Shown here piece after piece: positions 62,714-64,000 of a DNA stretch of 64,000 bases. The translations under genes were made by a program, and so were the position numbers. This DNA is from Balanoglossus misakiensis (lineage: Eukaryota > Animalia > Hemichordata): positions 19,752,303 through 19,816,302 of the forward strand of contig CM082577.2 of NCBI GenBank assembly GCA_040954595.2. The letters are read 5' to 3'. The notes under the pieces were generated by a model. It did no database searches and had not been told where the DNA came from. It saw nothing but the letters and a program-made list of their open reading frames with translations. Position 1 is the first letter of the stretch. Every line of letters begins with the position of its first letter.

Positions 62714-63142
62714 TAGCCCGGAGACCAGGGCGTATATAGAATACAAGGCCCGGGGACAGTCGAGTAACGTCCTGCTGAGCTGAAAGATAGTAGCCCTGGC
62801 AACGATCAGGGTCGCTTAGTAACGAATGGATAACGAGTGATCTATCAAATGTTGACGGGCACCAGTGGTTGGATGATATAATTAACAAAGCTTGGTTATG
62901 AATATTCATACACCTTCAAAACCACTCCCACATCCCGTTGCGGGAATTTCACACATGACTCCACCTCTATTTCCTTATTTAGAATGCGATGATGTCATTT
63001 GGTTTACACATTGTTACATTGAGTGACCAATTAGCTTACACGCAAGATTTACCACCCGTGTCGTTCTGCGCACAGAATTCTGTTCGTAAATAGAGACTGT
63101 CCCCGGGCGTTTCTTTTCCCCGACGCCCTGGTCTCCGGGCTA
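62714..63142. mobile_element. TAG-ended MITE with 9-bp TSD (Academ-like)
   Basis: TIR TAGCCCGGAGACCAGGGCGT...ACGCCCTGGTCTCCGGGCTA; TSD AGTCAATAA (62705-62713, 63143-63151). Confidence 0.85.
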
Positions 63143-63370
63143 AGTCAATAATGGCATGCATATATTTGTACTTCTTCTCTGAGCTTTAACTATAATTTTC
63201 TGGTACACACTTGCTATAAATTACATGTAGAACCCATTTCATTAATTTTTTCAAAGATTATTTGTACAGCATATCTTTGGTATCCTAATTTACAATATTA
63301 CCATAGTCACTATATATGTACATGTACATATAGTCTGGGTCATTCCAGTTACTGCTAATTGTAATCTTAA

Positions 63371-63783
63371 GGATGTACGTTCAGTAAAATTGAAAGTATT
63401 GTCATTTTTTTTAATTGTGGATTTTTGGATTCTCCTTTGTATGTATAATGAAAATCCGTAATAAAATATAGGGGTCACCGCGCTTGTTTATGAAATACAG
63501 AGCCATGAATTTGGTCGATAATAGAAGAAATCTGCGGACTCAGCATTTTTCACCAATGGTTTGTCTATGGGCAAAATTTTTAACGCAATTTATCTCAAAA
63601 TAGAGCGCGGTGACCCCTATATTTTATTTGACCAATTAATTTATATTTGCTGGACTGAGCTATGTGTAAAATTTCGTGAAAATGACAATAGTAGAAGTTT
63701 GTTTTTTAGCGATTATCAATGTAATCCTATGGGAAAAAGACCGGGCGCGCAGTGTTTCCGGTTTATGTTCTGCGCGTACATCC
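63371..63783. mobile_element. Kolobok-type MITE
   Basis: TTAA-GGATGTACG...CGTACATCC-TTAA, with an internal inverted pair AATATAGGGGTCACCGCGCT / AGCGCGGTGACCCCTATATT. Confidence 0.7.
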
Positions 63784-64000
63784 TTAAAATGAAATGGAAT
63801 GTTCTTTAATGTAATGATTTTAGTGATGCCATTGTGCTGAAGTCAAAAACACAAAATACATCTGCCCATTTATCATACACTGTCTCTCAAGCAGACACAA
63901 GCACGTTACTTTGTTGAGATACATGTATGTCATTTTGCTTAAAGTGCATGCAATCTGACCGATATGACTGTCATTCGACCCTTTTTATAATGGCAAGCAT

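Noticed and set aside
61440-62720. Further QRICH2-like exons or a separate gene (ORF 61797-62294, acceptor near 62607)
   Set aside because: No recognisable protein features and no matched donor; cannot be supported.

Overview
This is AT-rich, repeat-saturated animal genomic DNA, not prokaryotic. It is probably a marine invertebrate, possibly a hemichordate, echinoderm or amphioxus; the species cannot be fixed from sequence alone. Two spliced protein-coding genes lie head-to-head. (1) A complete ECSIT (mitochondrial complex I assembly factor / Toll pathway intermediate) on the minus strand. I reconstructed it by hand as 5 coding exons (23323-23225, 20830-20419, 16714-16494, 13302-13086, 5143-4956; 1137 nt, 378 aa), with canonical GT-AG sites and consistent phases. 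(2) The first four coding exons of a QRICH2/C16orf96-like coiled-coil gene on the plus strand (30966-31427, 45053-45157, 45380-45475, 52366-52509), which continues past the last exon I could identify. Nearly everything else is mobile DNA: a decayed CR1-group LINE, Harbinger-type, Kolobok-type, hAT-type, Tigger-type and MULE-type elements, 9-bp-TSD TAG/CAG-ended (Academ-like) elements, many Helentron/DINE-1-like elements, hairpin-rich Crypton-like repeats and a 25-bp minisatellite. Elements are nested up to three deep and often have readable target-site duplications. Most ORFs in the supplied track are artefacts of these repeats. I found no CRISPR, rRNA or tRNA, and no convincing new protein-coding system. 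The best leads concern transposon architecture: co-varying Helentron terminal keys, near-perfect foldbacks, a minisatellite with different higher-order units on each side of an insertion, and module sharing between MITE families. Superfamily names come from termini and TSD patterns only and need database confirmation.
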